Source of the DNA: an uncultured Actinomycetota bacterium
GTDB lineage: Bacteria > Actinomycetota > Actinomycetes > JAHEKZ01
Reading direction: 5' to 3'
DNA: 64,000 bases
NCBI GenBank assembly: GCA_963824605.1
Contig: CAWGPZ010000006.1
Coordinates: 193,191 to 257,190 of the forward strand
The translations under genes and the position numbers were made by a program. Of this stretch, positions 31,570-42,435 are shown piece by piece. Position 1 is the stretch's first letter. Every line of letters starts with the position of its first letter. A model generated the notes under the pieces. That model was not told where the DNA came from and made no database searches. It saw nothing but the letters and a program-made list of their open reading frames with translations.

Positions 31570-33021
31570 GTGCACGGCATCTACACGGTGGCTGAAGTTC
31601 GCACCGCCGAGGGCGTGGTGCTCGACCGAACGGCCGACGGCGAGCTGATGCTCAGGGCAGCGGCGGGGTTGGCGCGGCGGTGTGCACAGCTGCTCACACT
31701 GCACCGTGGGGGTGTCTACGGTGCCCGCGTCGTGCTGCTCTGCGGCACTGGCAACAACGGGGGCGACGCCCTCTTCGCGGGAGCCCAGCTCGCCAAGCGT
31801 GGAGCCGAGGTGTACGTGGTCCCGACCGGCTCGCGCATGCATGACAACGGTGTTCAGGCGGTGAAACGGGCGGGTGGTCGGATTCTTGACCATGGCGAGG
31901 CAGGCAGTGCTGTCGCGTCGGCCGATCTCGTCATCGACGGAATTGTTGGCATCGGGGGTTCAGGTTCGTTGCGCGGCGTCGCGGCCGAGTTGGCAGAGCA
32001 GGCGACGGTGAGCGACGCCCTGGTGGTGGCGGTCGATGTGCCATCAGGGGTCGACGCTGACACGGGGGTGGCCGACGACGAAGCGGTGTGGGCCGACGTC
32101 ACCGTGACATTCGGCCTGATGAAGGCCGGTCTGCTGCTTGCGCCCGGTTCCGTGCATGCGGGCCTTCTGGAGGTCGTCGACATCGGTCTTGTCGCTGACG
32201 CCGAGGAGCCGTCCATCACATGTCTGGACGCCCCAGACCTCGCAGTGATCGTGCCCAGGCCAGGCCCGCTCGATCACAAGTACTCCCAAGGCGTGACCGG
32301 TATCGCCGCCGGCTCGAAGAAGTACCCAGGCGCCGGCGTCCTCGCGGTCGCAGGCGCGCTGCACACCAAGGCCGGTCTCGTCAGATATGTCGGCGACGCG
32401 GCGTCCGAAGTCGTCAACGCGTGGCCATCAGCCATCGTGTCGACCGGTCGTGTGGGTGCAGCCGGACGCGTCCAAGCGTGGGGTGTCGGCCCCGGTCTGG
32501 GCGTTGGGGATGACGCACACCAGGTGGTGGCCGATGTGCTCGGCACCGATGTTCCCGTGGTGGCCGACGCAGATGCTCTGACAGTCATTGCGCGCGACCC
32601 CGAGCTTCTGCGTTCGCGCGCTGCGCCGACCGTCATCACGCCGCATGCGGGCGAGTTCGCCCGGCTGGCCACCGACCTTGATCTGCGCGTGGACCCGGTG
32701 GCGGCGGTCCGCGATCTTGCGTCACGACTGAACTGCACGGTGCTCGCGAAGGGCGCGACCACCATCGTGGCCGATCCCGATGGCCAGGTGCGGCTCAACC
32801 GCACGGGCACGCCCTGGCTGGCCACTGGAGGCACGGGTGACGTTCTCACGGGCGTCATTGCGGCCCTCCTGTCCAGCGGGGCCTCGCCGCTTGACGCAGC
32901 GTCCGGGGGGGCGTTTCTGCACGGGATCGCGGGGCGTCTGGCATCCGACGGGGCACCCACGACGTCAGCGGCGGTTGGGGCAGCTCTCCCCGACGCCATA
33001 CGCGCCGTCACGGGTGTCTGA
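31570..33021 (+). CDS. nnr: Bifunctional NAD(P)H-hydrate epimerase/dehydratase (YjeF N+C)
   Basis: 483-aa ORF, GTG start, N-terminal GxGNNGGDG and C-terminal carbohydrate-kinase-like domain. Confidence 0.85.
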   Translation: MHGIYTVAEVRTAEGVVLDRTADGELMLRAAAGLARRCAQLLTLHRGGVYGARVVLLCGTGNNGGDALFAGAQLAKRGAEVYVVPTGSRMHDNGVQAVKRAGGRILDHGEAGSAVASADLVIDGIVGIGGSGSLRGVAAELAEQATVSDALVVAVDVPSGVDADTGVADDEAVWADVTVTFGLMKAGLLLAPGSVHAGLLEVVDIGLVADAEEPSITCLDAPDLAVIVPRPGPLDHKYSQGVTGIAAGSKKYPGAGVLAVAGALHTKAGLVRYVGDAASEVVNAWPSAIVSTGRVGAAGRVQAWGVGPGLGVGDDAHQVVADVLGTDVPVVADADALTVIARDPELLRSRAAPTVITPHAGEFARLATDLDLRVDPVAAVRDLASRLNCTVLAKGATTIVADPDGQVRLNRTGTPWLATGGTGDVLTGVIAALLSSGASPLDAASGGAFLHGIAGRLASDGAPTTSAAVGAALPDAIRAVTGV

Positions 33022-33056
33022 CCTACTGACCCGGTCGACGGTGGGAGGATGAACAA

Positions 33057-34193
33057 GTGTCTGCCCCCGCTCGCGAGCTGATCGTCGATCTCGACGCCAT
33101 AGCCGCCAACACAGCTGTCCTGGCGCAGCGCTCGGCGAGCTCGGGGTTGATGGCCGTTGTCAAGGCCGACGCCTACGGTCACGGCCTGGTTCCGTCAGCT
33201 CGTGCCGCGCAGGTCGGTGGCGCGAGCTGGTTGGGGGTGGCACTCCTTGAGGAGGCGTTGGCGCTGCGCGCAGCCGGGGTGGAGGGCCCCCTGCTCGCAT
33301 GGCTCCTCGGTGTCGATGACGAATGGGCAGAGGCCATCAACGCCGACATCGACTTGTCGGTGTCAGCCCGATGGGTGCTCTCCGCCATCTCGGACGCCGC
33401 CACATCAGAGGGTCGAACGGCTCGCATCCATCTCAAGGTCGACACCGGCCTTGGCAGGTCTGGGGCTCCCGCTGCTGACTGGTCTCGCCTCGTTGAGGCG
33501 GCGCGGCGAGCGGAGAGCGACGGCAGTGTCCGTGTCGTCGGGGTGTGGTCGCACTTCGCCTACGCAGATGCTCCCGGGCATCCGACCATCGACCGTCAGG
33601 TTGACGCCTTCCGCGAAGCGGTGGCGGTCGCCGAGCGCGCAGGCCTGCGTCCTGATGTCAGGCATCTGGCCAACTCGGCAGCGACCTTGACGCGTCCCGA
33701 TACTCACTTCGATCTGACCCGCCCCGGACTTGCCGTCTACGGGCTGTCCCCCCTGGCCGACGCCCCCTCGAAGTCGCTCGGCCTGGAGCCGGCGATGTCG
33801 TTGCATGCCCCCTTGGCCCTCGTGAAGCGAGTCCCTGCCGGGCACGGGGTCTCGTACATGCACCGCTACGTCACCAATGGCGAGACGACACTCGGCCTGG
33901 TTCCGCTTGGCTACGCCGACGGAGTGCCACGCAGTGCCACGAATGTGGGCCCGGTGCTCGCTGGTGGCCGCCGCCGGACCGTAGCCGGCGTCGTGTGCAT
34001 GGACCAGTTCGTCGTCGACTTCGGTGACGACCCGGCGTCCGCCGGTGACGTCGTCACGCTCTTTGGGTCGGGAACCGCCGGAGAGCCGACAGCGCAGGAC
34101 TGGGCCGACGCGACCGGAACCATCTCGTACGAGATCGTCGCGCGGATGGGGTCGCGTGTCAGCCGCCGCTACGTCGGGGGTTCGACGTCATGA
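33057..34193 (+). CDS. alr: Alanine racemase
   Basis: 378-aa ORF with PLP-Lys motif VVKADAYGHG. Confidence 0.92.
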   Translation: MSAPARELIVDLDAIAANTAVLAQRSASSGLMAVVKADAYGHGLVPSARAAQVGGASWLGVALLEEALALRAAGVEGPLLAWLLGVDDEWAEAINADIDLSVSARWVLSAISDAATSEGRTARIHLKVDTGLGRSGAPAADWSRLVEAARRAESDGSVRVVGVWSHFAYADAPGHPTIDRQVDAFREAVAVAERAGLRPDVRHLANSAATLTRPDTHFDLTRPGLAVYGLSPLADAPSKSLGLEPAMSLHAPLALVKRVPAGHGVSYMHRYVTNGETTLGLVPLGYADGVPRSATNVGPVLAGGRRRTVAGVVCMDQFVVDFGDDPASAGDVVTLFGSGTAGEPTAQDWADATGTISYEIVARMGSRVSRRYVGGSTS

Positions 34194-35257
34194 ATCCCGC
34201 ACACCGCGCCGGTGTTGCTGGCGCCGCCCTGGTGGCTGCTGCGGTCGGGGCGGCCGCAGGGTTGGCGGCCGAGCGAGTAGTGGTGGGGCGCTCACTGCGG
34301 CGTGGTGAGACGCCGGGCGGGCGGCTGGGGCTCGGGCAGCTGCGCGGTGCGGCTCAGACCGTGCGCATGGATGACGGCGTCGAGCTCCACGTCGAGGTCG
34401 ATGAGCCGCATTCGACGGCCCCCTGGCGTGGTCTCACCGTGGTCTTCATCCATGGCTACGCACTGAATCTGGACTGCTTCCACTACCAGCGACTGGCGAT
34501 GCGCGGATCTGCTCGCCTCGTGTACTACGACCAGCGTTCGCATGGTCGTTCAGGGCGAGGCACTGCTGAGTCGGCGACCATGCAGCAGCTCGCTGCCGAC
34601 CTCCACAGCGTCCTCGACGAAGTGGCTCCGAGTGGGCCGGTCGTCTTGGTCGGGCACTCCATGGGTGGCATGACGATTCTTGAGCTCGCGAGCCGAGAGC
34701 CCGAGCTGTTCGGTGACCGGGTGATGGGCGTGGCGCTGATCTCGACGTCGGCCGGAGAGATGTCAGGTGTCACGTTGGGTCTGCCGGCGTTCGCGGCGCG
34801 TGGACTGCGCTATCTGGCTCCAACGGTGATGCAGCTGGGACGACGCACCACCGAGTTTCTCGAACGCAGTCGTCAGTTCAGCAGCGACCTTGCTGTCATG
34901 GTGACCAAGGTCTATGCCTTCTCCGACGACGTCCCCGTTGAGCTCGTCGACTTCAGCCTCGAGATGATCAACGCGACTCCCATCGATGTTCTGGCCGACT
35001 TCTACCCGGCGCTGAGCGATCACGACGCGTTCGGGGCCCTAGAGGCACTCAATGGCACCGAGACACTGGTGGTCGTCGGCGCGCAAGATCTTCTGACGCC
35101 GGCTGAGCACAGCCGCCAGCTGGTGAAGGGGATCCCCGGTGCGGAACTGGAGGTGCTCGATCCCGGTGGTCATCTCGTGATGCTGGAGCGCCCCGACGAC
35201 GTCAACTCACATCTCATTGACCTGTTGGAGCGAGTTGCCCGAGGCGTTGAGGAGTGA
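34190..35257 (+). CDS. Alpha/beta hydrolase
   Basis: 355-aa ORF with nucleophile elbow GHSMGG. ATGA overlap with alr. Confidence 0.8.
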   Translation: MNPAHRAGVAGAALVAAAVGAAAGLAAERVVVGRSLRRGETPGGRLGLGQLRGAAQTVRMDDGVELHVEVDEPHSTAPWRGLTVVFIHGYALNLDCFHYQRLAMRGSARLVYYDQRSHGRSGRGTAESATMQQLAADLHSVLDEVAPSGPVVLVGHSMGGMTILELASREPELFGDRVMGVALISTSAGEMSGVTLGLPAFAARGLRYLAPTVMQLGRRTTEFLERSRQFSSDLAVMVTKVYAFSDDVPVELVDFSLEMINATPIDVLADFYPALSDHDAFGALEALNGTETLVVVGAQDLLTPAEHSRQLVKGIPGAELEVLDPGGHLVMLERPDDVNSHLIDLLERVARGVEE

Positions 35258-35739
35258 CCGTCCGTCAGCCGGCGTCGTCCCCTGTGTCGGTCCCTGACGC
35301 CCCCGCCATGCGAACGCTGGGCGCCCGCGTGGCCAGCGTTTGCCGTGCCGGTGACGTTGTTCTCCTCGGTGGCCCGCTGGGTGCCGGCAAGACCACCTTC
35401 ACGCAGGGCTTCGCTGCCGGCCTCGGAGTGGCCGGCCCGGTGACGTCTCCCACGTTCGTCATTGCGCGTGTGCATCGCTCCGTCGCGCACGGGCCAGACC
35501 TCGTGCACGTCGATGCGTACCGCCTGGGCAGCCTTGCCGAGCTCGACGACCTCGACCTCGACTCATCGTTGGCCGCGTCCGTCACGGTGGTCGAATGGGG
35601 CGCCGAGCACGCCGACTACTGGGGGAGTGAGCCGATCATTGTCAGGATCGAGCGCGACGCCGCACCAACGGCCGGAAAGCTCGATGCCACGTCAGAGACC
35701 CGACTCGTCACTGTCGAATGGCCGGAGGGGCGTCCATGA
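35254..35739 (+). CDS. tsaE: tRNA t6A37 biosynthesis ATPase TsaE
   Basis: 161-aa ORF with P-loop GPLGAGKTT. Confidence 0.88.
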   Translation: MTVRQPASSPVSVPDAPAMRTLGARVASVCRAGDVVLLGGPLGAGKTTFTQGFAAGLGVAGPVTSPTFVIARVHRSVAHGPDLVHVDAYRLGSLAELDDLDLDSSLAASVTVVEWGAEHADYWGSEPIIVRIERDAAPTAGKLDATSETRLVTVEWPEGRP

Positions 35740-35831
35740 GGGCGGCATCGACTTCGTCACCTGGACGCAGTGTGACGTTGCCCCCGCTGTTTGGCGGGGT
35801 TCACCCATTTGCGGGTGGATAGGGTCGCCAG

Positions 35832-36494
35832 GTGTTGCTGTTGGGGTTCGACACCGCCACTGCGGTGACGACCGTTGGTCTCGTGCGGTCGGGGGTCGAC
35901 GGCGTCAACGAGATCTTGGGCGAGCGATCCCAGCGTGATCCCCGCCGACATGGCGAGGTGCTGCCGGTGCAGATCGCAGATGCGCTGCGCCAGGCTGGGG
36001 AAACGCCTTCGGACCTGGATGCGATCGCGGTCGGCATCGGTCCTGGCGCGTTCACCGGGCTTCGGGTAGGTCTGGCAACAGCCGAGGCGCTGGGCTTGGC
36101 CCTTCAGATCCCCGTTTACGGCGCCAACACTCTCGATGTGCTGGCCTTTGCCACCAAGCGCACTCAGCCGTTCGGCATGGTCACCGATGCTCGGCGGCGC
36201 GAGCTCTTCTGGGCGACTTACAGCCGATTTGACCAGCGTCGGTCCGAGGCTTCGGTGGGCACTCCTGAGGCGGCCCATTCGGCGCTTGCCGGCCTGGACG
36301 TCGTGTGCCCGCCGGGTACCCCCGAGGTCGACGGGGTGCAGATGCAGGAGGGGGAGGAGCCGAGCGCTGTGGCGCTCTGTCTTCTTGTCCTTCGTCGGCT
36401 GGCGGCGGGATCAGCAAATGATCTCCCTGCGCCTCTCTATTTGCGGCGGCCGGACGTCATGCCTGCCGCAGGCCCGAAGTCGGTGCTGTCATGA
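35832..36494 (+). CDS. tsaB: tRNA t6A37 biosynthesis protein TsaB
   Basis: 220-aa ORF, GTG start, LGFDTAT N-terminus. Confidence 0.85.
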   Translation: MLLLGFDTATAVTTVGLVRSGVDGVNEILGERSQRDPRRHGEVLPVQIADALRQAGETPSDLDAIAVGIGPGAFTGLRVGLATAEALGLALQIPVYGANTLDVLAFATKRTQPFGMVTDARRRELFWATYSRFDQRRSEASVGTPEAAHSALAGLDVVCPPGTPEVDGVQMQEGEEPSAVALCLLVLRRLAAGSANDLPAPLYLRRPDVMPAAGPKSVLS

Positions 36495-36991
36495 CGCACC
36501 CGGATCGGGCCGTTGTGCGTCCCATGCGCTGGTGGGACATCGACAGGGTCCACAACCTTGAAGTGCAGGCGTTCCCCGATACCGCATGGTCGGTGGAGTC
36601 GTTCTGGTCAGAGCTGGCCGGAGTACCGGACACAAGGCACTACCTGGTGGCCGCAAGTGGCGAGCAGATCATCGGCTACGCGGGTCTCATGACGGTCGGG
36701 CGGGACGCCGACGTCCAGACACTGGCGGTGGCCCCGGACTCGCGGGGAGCCGGACTGGGGGCTCGACTCCTTGACGAGCTGCTCAACGAGGCAAGACGGC
36801 GCGGCTGCTCGCGCGTCACGCTCGAGGTGGCGTCGACCGGCAAGGACGCCCAAAGGCTCTACCGAGACCGTGGCTTTGAGATCATTGGTCGGCGCTCCAG
36901 CTACTACGGCGGCGGCGTCGACGCGCTGATCATGCGCCGGCGTCTCGCCGCCGCGACACCGGTCGTAGAGAACCAAGGAACCCTGTCGTGA
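36491..36991 (+). CDS. rimI: Ribosomal-protein-alanine N-acetyltransferase (GNAT)
   Basis: 166-aa GNAT ORF lying between tsaB and tsaD. Confidence 0.85.
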   Translation: MTHPDRAVVRPMRWWDIDRVHNLEVQAFPDTAWSVESFWSELAGVPDTRHYLVAASGEQIIGYAGLMTVGRDADVQTLAVAPDSRGAGLGARLLDELLNEARRRGCSRVTLEVASTGKDAQRLYRDRGFEIIGRRSSYYGGGVDALIMRRRLAAATPVVENQGTLS

Positions 36992-38037
36992 GCAGCGAGC
37001 CGCTCGTACTCGGCATCGAGACCTCATGTGACGAGACAGGGGTCGGCATCGTGCGCGGATCGACTCTGCTCGCCGATTCCATCGCGACAAGTGTCGACGA
37101 GCAGGCGCGATTCGGCGGTGTCGTTCCGGAGGTCGCCAGTCGCGCCCACCTGGAGGCGATGCGGTCGACGGTGGAGCGCGCTCTCTCGGACGCCAAGGTC
37201 TCCTTGTCCGACCTTGACGCGATCGCTGTGACGGCAGGACCAGGCTTGGTCGGCGCCCTGCTGGTCGGTACGGCCACTGCACAGGCGCTGTCGCTGGCCA
37301 CCGGAAAGCCGCTCTATGGGGTCAACCATCTCGCGGCGCACGTAGCCGTCGATCGTCTCGAGCACGGCCCCTTGCCGCAGCCGGCCATCGCCCTGCTCGT
37401 CAGCGGTGGACACTCGTCTCTGCTGCGGGTCGACGACGTGACGTCGGACCTCACCGCGCTCGGCGCGACCATCGACGATGCAGCCGGTGAGGCCTTCGAC
37501 AAGGTCGGGCGCCTGCTGGGTCTGCCCTTCCCCGGGGGGCCACACATCGACCGATGGGCGGCGGAAGGCGATCCGGCGGCCATCGACTTTCCGCGCGGGC
37601 TCACCAGTCCGCGAGATCTCGACCGCCATCGCTACGACTTCTCGTTCTCGGGTCTCAAGACCGCTGTTGCCCGTTGGGTCGAACTGCGCCAGCGAGAGGG
37701 CGAACCCATCGCCATGCCTGACGTTGCGGCGTCGTTTCAAGAGGCCGTGGTCGATGTCCTCAGCAGGAAGGCTGTTGACGCCTGTCGACAGCAGGGCATC
37801 GAGCACATGGTGCTGGGTGGCGGGGTTGCGGCGAACTCGCGGTTGCGCGCGGTGCTGGATCAAAGGTGTGAGCGTGCGGGCATTGCGTTGCGGGTGCCCC
37901 GGCCGGCGCTGTGCACCGACAACGGCGCAATGGTGGCTGCCTTGGGGTCTGCCCTTGTCGAGTCGGGCCGGCCGGCCTCGAATCTGGGTATTGCGGTGGA
38001 TTCAGGTCTGTCGGTCGAGCAGGTCACTGTGACCTGA
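36988..38037 (+). CDS. tsaD: tRNA N6-adenosine threonylcarbamoyltransferase TsaD
   Basis: 349-aa ORF with Kae1/TsaD motifs [15 protein letters not shown] and HLAAH. Confidence 0.93.
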   Translation: MSSEPLVLGIETSCDETGVGIVRGSTLLADSIATSVDEQARFGGVVPEVASRAHLEAMRSTVERALSDAKVSLSDLDAIAVTAGPGLVGALLVGTATAQALSLATGKPLYGVNHLAAHVAVDRLEHGPLPQPAIALLVSGGHSSLLRVDDVTSDLTALGATIDDAAGEAFDKVGRLLGLPFPGGPHIDRWAAEGDPAAIDFPRGLTSPRDLDRHRYDFSFSGLKTAVARWVELRQREGEPIAMPDVAASFQEAVVDVLSRKAVDACRQQGIEHMVLGGGVAANSRLRAVLDQRCERAGIALRVPRPALCTDNGAMVAALGSALVESGRPASNLGIAVDSGLSVEQVTVT

Positions 38038-38049
38038 GCGACTCGCGTC

Positions 38050-38481
38050 GTGGTCGGGACTGACGAGTCGAAGGCGACCGCACCGCTCGCTGACCTCTTC
38101 CGCAGAGCCTCAGCCGGACCCGCCGTGGTGGAACGCGCCTTGATCGGGGATGATGACCCGGTGATTGTGCGTATGTGGGAGACCCCCGTGAAGTCCGGAC
38201 AGATCGATGCCCTCATCGAGTACGTCAAGGCCGAGGTGTGGCCGGGCGTGACTGCGGCCAAGGGTTTTGTCAGCGGTGAAGTGCTGCGCTCGTTCGGCGA
38301 GGGCGGCGACCGCTTGCTGCTCGTGACGCGGTGGAAAGACACCGAATCGCTTTCCGGATTCCTCGGCCCAGACTGGCAAGCGCACCAGATGACGCCGGTG
38401 ACTGCCGAGGAGCCATTGCTCGCCGGGTCGCCCTTCGTCGACCACTGGGATCTCGTCACGACCTTTGACTCACCGAGCTAG
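38050..38481 (+). CDS. Hypothetical protein, possible ABM (antibiotic-biosynthesis monooxygenase-like) domain
   Basis: 143-aa ORF. Domain guess is based only on the motif pattern DRLLLVTRWKDTESL. Confidence 0.4.
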   Translation: MVGTDESKATAPLADLFRRASAGPAVVERALIGDDDPVIVRMWETPVKSGQIDALIEYVKAEVWPGVTAAKGFVSGEVLRSFGEGGDRLLLVTRWKDTESLSGFLGPDWQAHQMTPVTAEEPLLAGSPFVDHWDLVTTFDSPS

Positions 38482-38490
38482 ACGCCCGCG

Positions 38491-39714
38491 CTAGACGTCC
38501 GGCGCTGGCACCAGCGGCCGGCCGACTATTGCCAGCGGATCGTTGCCTATCCGGGTCAGAAGGATTGTTCGCCGACCGGGTGCGCCTCGATCGAGGCGGA
38601 GGGACCGCCGAAGGCCATCGACGTCGACGGCCGACCCTCGCTTCTTCACGACGACGTGCCCCACGTCGTGCACGCGCAGGTGTGCACGGAGTCGCTTGAG
38701 AGAGAACGGCATTACCTCGAGCACCTCATAGCTCGTCAGGAACGGTGAACGGGCTGGTTCGTCGCTACTCACGTAGGCGATCTGCGGATCGATCAGCCAA
38801 CCGCCGATCTGATGCGCAACAGCTGCCACCAGTCCTGCGCGAATCACAGCACCGTCCGGCTCGTGCAGGTATCTGCCCACGGGATCGCTGGTGGGTGGAC
38901 CAGTGGGCAGGTCGGCGTCGGTGACGTGCGCGCCCGACGGAAGAACGGTGGCGCTACGGAGAACGCCGGCGGCCCGAGGGGCACCCCGGTACAGCGCGGC
39001 CTCCACGACGTCGCCACCAGCAGAGACGACCGCGAACTCGGTGTCGGGCGGAACTCGCTCGTGGTCGAGGCCGGGAGCCACCTTCACCCCGAGATCGGAA
39101 AAGGGCAGGTCGAGCACCCAGGAGAGGGGCGGTGACCAGGACTCAGGTCGTGACAGGCGACGTCCGTTGCGTCGCCGGGCCGGGTCGGCGAAGGCCGCGT
39201 CGTAGCGCAGCAGCTGGCTGCTGGAGATCTGGGTGACGTCACCATGGGTCACGGTGAGCCGGTCGGCGTACCCCATGGCCGCAGCATTGGCTCCGGCCAC
39301 AGCCGCTGTCAGCCGGTCGCATTCGAAGGCCTCGACGTGCATGCCGTTCTCGACCAGGGCAAGGGCGTCGAGGCCGATGCCGCAACCGAGATCGACGACC
39401 GTTGCATCACCCCCGACGGATCTGAACCGCTGGGCCCGGAGTGCGGCCACCGCTGGTCTCGTGGCCTGTTCGGCCCCATCAGGTGTCAGGAGGAGGCGGC
39501 GCACCAACGAGGCGGAAGGTGTGCCCCACCGCCGGCCAACGGTGGTCCGAAGGCGCGCCTGTGTCAGGGCGGCAGCGACGAGATCGGGGGAGTGTCCTTG
39601 GCGGCGCAGCGTGTCACCAAGGCGCAGGGCCTCGCGCTCGTCGTAGGGGGGCAGCTGCTCCAACAGGTGTCTGCCCTCGGCGCTGGTGAGCAGGGCGACG
39701 TCACTCTGGCGCAC
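38491..39714 (-). CDS. Class I SAM-dependent methyltransferase
   Basis: 407-aa ORF with motif I VVDLGCGIGLDA. Confidence 0.75.
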   Translation of the reverse strand: MRQSDVALLTSAEGRHLLEQLPPYDEREALRLGDTLRRQGHSPDLVAAALTQARLRTTVGRRWGTPSASLVRRLLLTPDGAEQATRPAVAALRAQRFRSVGGDATVVDLGCGIGLDALALVENGMHVEAFECDRLTAAVAGANAAAMGYADRLTVTHGDVTQISSSQLLRYDAAFADPARRRNGRRLSRPESWSPPLSWVLDLPFSDLGVKVAPGLDHERVPPDTEFAVVSAGGDVVEAALYRGAPRAAGVLRSATVLPSGAHVTDADLPTGPPTSDPVGRYLHEPDGAVIRAGLVAAVAHQIGGWLIDPQIAYVSSDEPARSPFLTSYEVLEVMPFSLKRLRAHLRVHDVGHVVVKKRGSAVDVDGLRRSLRLDRGAPGRRTILLTRIGNDPLAIVGRPLVPAPDV

Positions 39715-39753
39715 CCCGGCTCCTTCCTGCCGGCCACTGGCATGTTCGCCCGC

Positions 39754-39780
39754 GGCTGACTGCTAGCACTCGGGTTGACG
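39754..39780 (+). promoter_or_regulatory. CIRCE element / HrcA operator (cTAGCACTC-N9-GAGTGCTAA)
   Basis: Matches the consensus TTAGCACTC-N9-GAGTGCTAA with one mismatch, ~160 nt upstream of groES. A second degenerate copy lies at ~39800-39827 (TTGGCACTC...GAGTGTGCCAG). Confidence 0.8.
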
Positions 39781-39940
39781 GAGTGCTAACGGCTGGCTAG
39801 GTTGGGCGTTGGCACTCTCACCCTGAGTGTGCCAGCCCGTCCCTCGTGGACGAGCACGCGCCGCCCGTCCGACCCCGCGACGGCGGAAGGTCGGCGCAGT
39901 CCCCATCAGGTTCGTTAGCCGCAAGGCGGAGGTCATCTCA

Positions 39941-40240
39941 GTGTCGGTTTCCATCAGGCCGCTCGAGGACCGCATTCTCGTCCAGGCCCTCGACGCCGAG
40001 CAAACCACGGCGTCAGGTCTCGTCATCCCCGATACCGCCAAGGAGAAGCCCCAAGAGGGCAAGGTCCTGGCCGTAGGCCCGGGTCGGTTTGACGAGGACG
40101 GCGAGAAGCGCATTCCCCTCGACATCAGCGTTAATGATGTTGTCGTCTACAGCAAGTACGGCGGCACCGAGGTCAAGTACGACGGCGAGGAGTACCTGAT
40201 CCTCTCGGCGCGCGACGTGCTCGCGATCGTCGAGAAGTAG
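39941..40240 (+). CDS. groES: Co-chaperonin GroES
   Basis: In-frame GTG at 39941, product [31 protein letters not shown].... Confidence 0.93.
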   Translation: MSVSIRPLEDRILVQALDAEQTTASGLVIPDTAKEKPQEGKVLAVGPGRFDEDGEKRIPLDISVNDVVVYSKYGGTEVKYDGEEYLILSARDVLAIVEK

Positions 40241-40267
40241 GTCAACTCACTCGCTCGACCGCTCGTC

Positions 40268-40310
40268 GTGACGCCCCGTGTACCCGCACCATCGGGTGCC
40301 GGGGCGTCAC
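40268..40310 (+). promoter_or_regulatory. Perfect 11-bp inverted repeat (gtgacgccccg ... cggggcgtcac) in the groES-groEL spacer
   Basis: Read directly from the sequence: 11-bp stem with a 21-nt loop. Candidate transcript processing or attenuation structure. Confidence 0.4.
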
Positions 40311-40372
40311 GCACGTGGCCCCTCTGACGTCCCAGCAATCTCCGCCGCACCGTCCGGAAGGCATCAGCCACC

Positions 40373-42007
40373 ATGGCCAAGCTCATCTCGTTCGACGAAG
40401 AATCCCGCCACGCCTTGTTGGACGGCGCCGACGCTGTCGCAGATGCGGTACGGGCCACTCTTGGCCCGCGCGGCCGGAATGTCGTGATCGACCGCTCCTT
40501 CGGGGCTCCCACCATCACCAACGACGGCGTCACCGTTGCGCGCGAGATCGATCTGGAGAACCCGCAGCAGAACGTGGGCGCACAACTGGTCAAAGAGGTC
40601 GCCACCAAGACCAACGACGTGGCCGGCGACGGCACCTCGACAGCGACCGTACTGGCACAGGCCATGATCGCCGAAGGGTTGCGCGTGGTCACCGCCGGAG
40701 CCAACCCGATCGAGCTGAAGCGAGGCATCGAGCAGGCGACGGCCGCTGTGGTTCAACGCCTCCATGAACTTGCGACGCCGGTCGACGACTCGACGCAGAT
40801 CGCAGACGTGGCGGCGGTCTCCGCCCAGGACCGAAGCATCGGAGAGCTGATCGCAAAGGCCATGGACGCCGTCGGCCGAGATGGAGTCATCACCGTCGAA
40901 GAGGGTTCGACGACCACGACTGAGCTCGAGATCACCGAAGGCCTGCAGTTCGACAAGGGCTACATCTCGCCGTACTTCGTCACCGATGCCGAGAGCATGG
41001 AAGCCGCACTCGACTCGCCCTATCTGTTGCTGCACCAAGGCAAGATCTCGTCGATCTCCGAACTGCTGCCGTTGCTGGAGAAGGTCGTGTCAGCTGGACG
41101 TCCGCTGGTGATCGTGGCCGAGGACGTCGATGGCGAGGCGCTTTCGACACTCGTGGTGAACAAGATCCGCAGCGGACTCGCCGTCGTCGCCGTCAAGGCT
41201 CCCGGGTTCGGCGACCGACGAAAGGCGATGCTGGAAGACATGGCCGTGCTCACCGGGGGCCAGGTGGTCGCCGCTGAAGTAGGCCTCAAGCTGGCTGAGG
41301 TGGGCCTGGAGGTGCTCGGCTCTGCCCGACGCATCGTGGTCACCAAAGACACCACAACGGTTGTCGATGGCGCGGGCTCCGAAGACGCTGTCGCAGACCG
41401 GATCGCGCAGCTTCGGCGCGAGATCGAGGTCACCGACTCCCAGTGGGACCGGGAAAAGCTCAGTGAACGGCTCGCCAAGATGTCAGGCGGTGTGGCGGTC
41501 GTCCAGGTTGGTGCGTACACCGAGGTCGAGATGAAGGAGCGCAAGCACCGGATCGAAGATGCAGTCTCGGCGACCAAGGCTGCTGTCGAGGAGGGCATCG
41601 TCGCGGGCGGCGGCAGCGCGCTTGTTCACGCCGGCGCGATCCTCGATGACGGTCTCGGGCTGGGTGGCGATGAGCGCACCGGCGTGCGCGTCGTGCGCGC
41701 GGCCCTGTCGCGGCCGCTCCGAGCCATCGCCGACAACGCCGGTGAAGCGGGAGGCGTCATCGTCGCCAAGGCGGCCGAGCAGGCCGTGGGCCACGGGTTC
41801 AACGCGTCGTCGGGCACGTGGGGCGACCTGCGGGCAGAAGGGATTGTCGACCCGGTCAAGGTGACGCGGTCGGCGCTCGAGAACGCCGCGTCGATTGCCG
41901 CCCTGGTTCTGACCACTGAGGCCCTCGTGGTCGAGAAGCCCGTCGAGCCGGAGTCCGAGTCGTCAGGCCATGGACACAGCCACGGACCGGGCGGGCACCA
42001 CCACTGA
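40373..42007 (+). CDS. groEL: Chaperonin GroEL (GroEL1-type, His-rich C-terminus)
   Basis: 544-aa [15 protein letters not shown]... ending [12 protein letters not shown]. Confidence 0.96.
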   Translation: MAKLISFDEESRHALLDGADAVADAVRATLGPRGRNVVIDRSFGAPTITNDGVTVAREIDLENPQQNVGAQLVKEVATKTNDVAGDGTSTATVLAQAMIAEGLRVVTAGANPIELKRGIEQATAAVVQRLHELATPVDDSTQIADVAAVSAQDRSIGELIAKAMDAVGRDGVITVEEGSTTTTELEITEGLQFDKGYISPYFVTDAESMEAALDSPYLLLHQGKISSISELLPLLEKVVSAGRPLVIVAEDVDGEALSTLVVNKIRSGLAVVAVKAPGFGDRRKAMLEDMAVLTGGQVVAAEVGLKLAEVGLEVLGSARRIVVTKDTTTVVDGAGSEDAVADRIAQLRREIEVTDSQWDREKLSERLAKMSGGVAVVQVGAYTEVEMKERKHRIEDAVSATKAAVEEGIVAGGGSALVHAGAILDDGLGLGGDERTGVRVVRAALSRPLRAIADNAGEAGGVIVAKAAEQAVGHGFNASSGTWGDLRAEGIVDPVKVTRSALENAASIAALVLTTEALVVEKPVEPESESSGHGHSHGPGGHHH

Positions 42008-42026
42008 GCGAGGTAGCCGCGGCGAG

Positions 42027-42359
42027 CTAGCCGACAAGCTTGAGCGACTTGCGACGGTAGACCGCCTCACGCTCTTCCTCGGTCATGCCACCCCAAACCC
42101 CGTAGGGCTCTCGGACGGCGAGAGCGTGGGCAGCGCACTGCGCGATGACGGGGCAGGTGGCGCACACAGCCTTGGCCGCCCGGTCGCGTGCTTCGCGAGA
42201 GGGACCGCGCTCACCTTCTGGGTGAAAGAACGTCGTGGGGTCGGCATCTCGGCAGGCGCCGTCGAACTGCCATTCCCATACATCGGCGACGGGCCCGGGG
42301 AGACGGGAGATGTCGGCCATGAGGTCCTCCAGGTGCGCGGTCAGTAGCGTTGGGATCAC
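42027..42359 (-). CDS. whiB: WhiB-family redox-sensing transcription factor (WhiB3-like by position)
   Basis: Four-Cys cluster C-x(n)-CATCPVIAQC plus a G[VI]WGG turn. It converges on groEL, mirroring groEL1-whiB3 synteny. The start is probably the internal Met at ~42320. Confidence 0.88.
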   Translation of the reverse strand: MIPTLLTAHLEDLMADISRLPGPVADVWEWQFDGACRDADPTTFFHPEGERGPSREARDRAAKAVCATCPVIAQCAAHALAVREPYGVWGGMTEEEREAVYRRKSLKLVG

Positions 42360-42435
42360 CGTACAACCGCTTCATAAGTTGGTCAAGTCTTTCGACTGAA
42401 CAAGTTTCGAGTGAACGGCCTTCGAGGGTGTCGAC

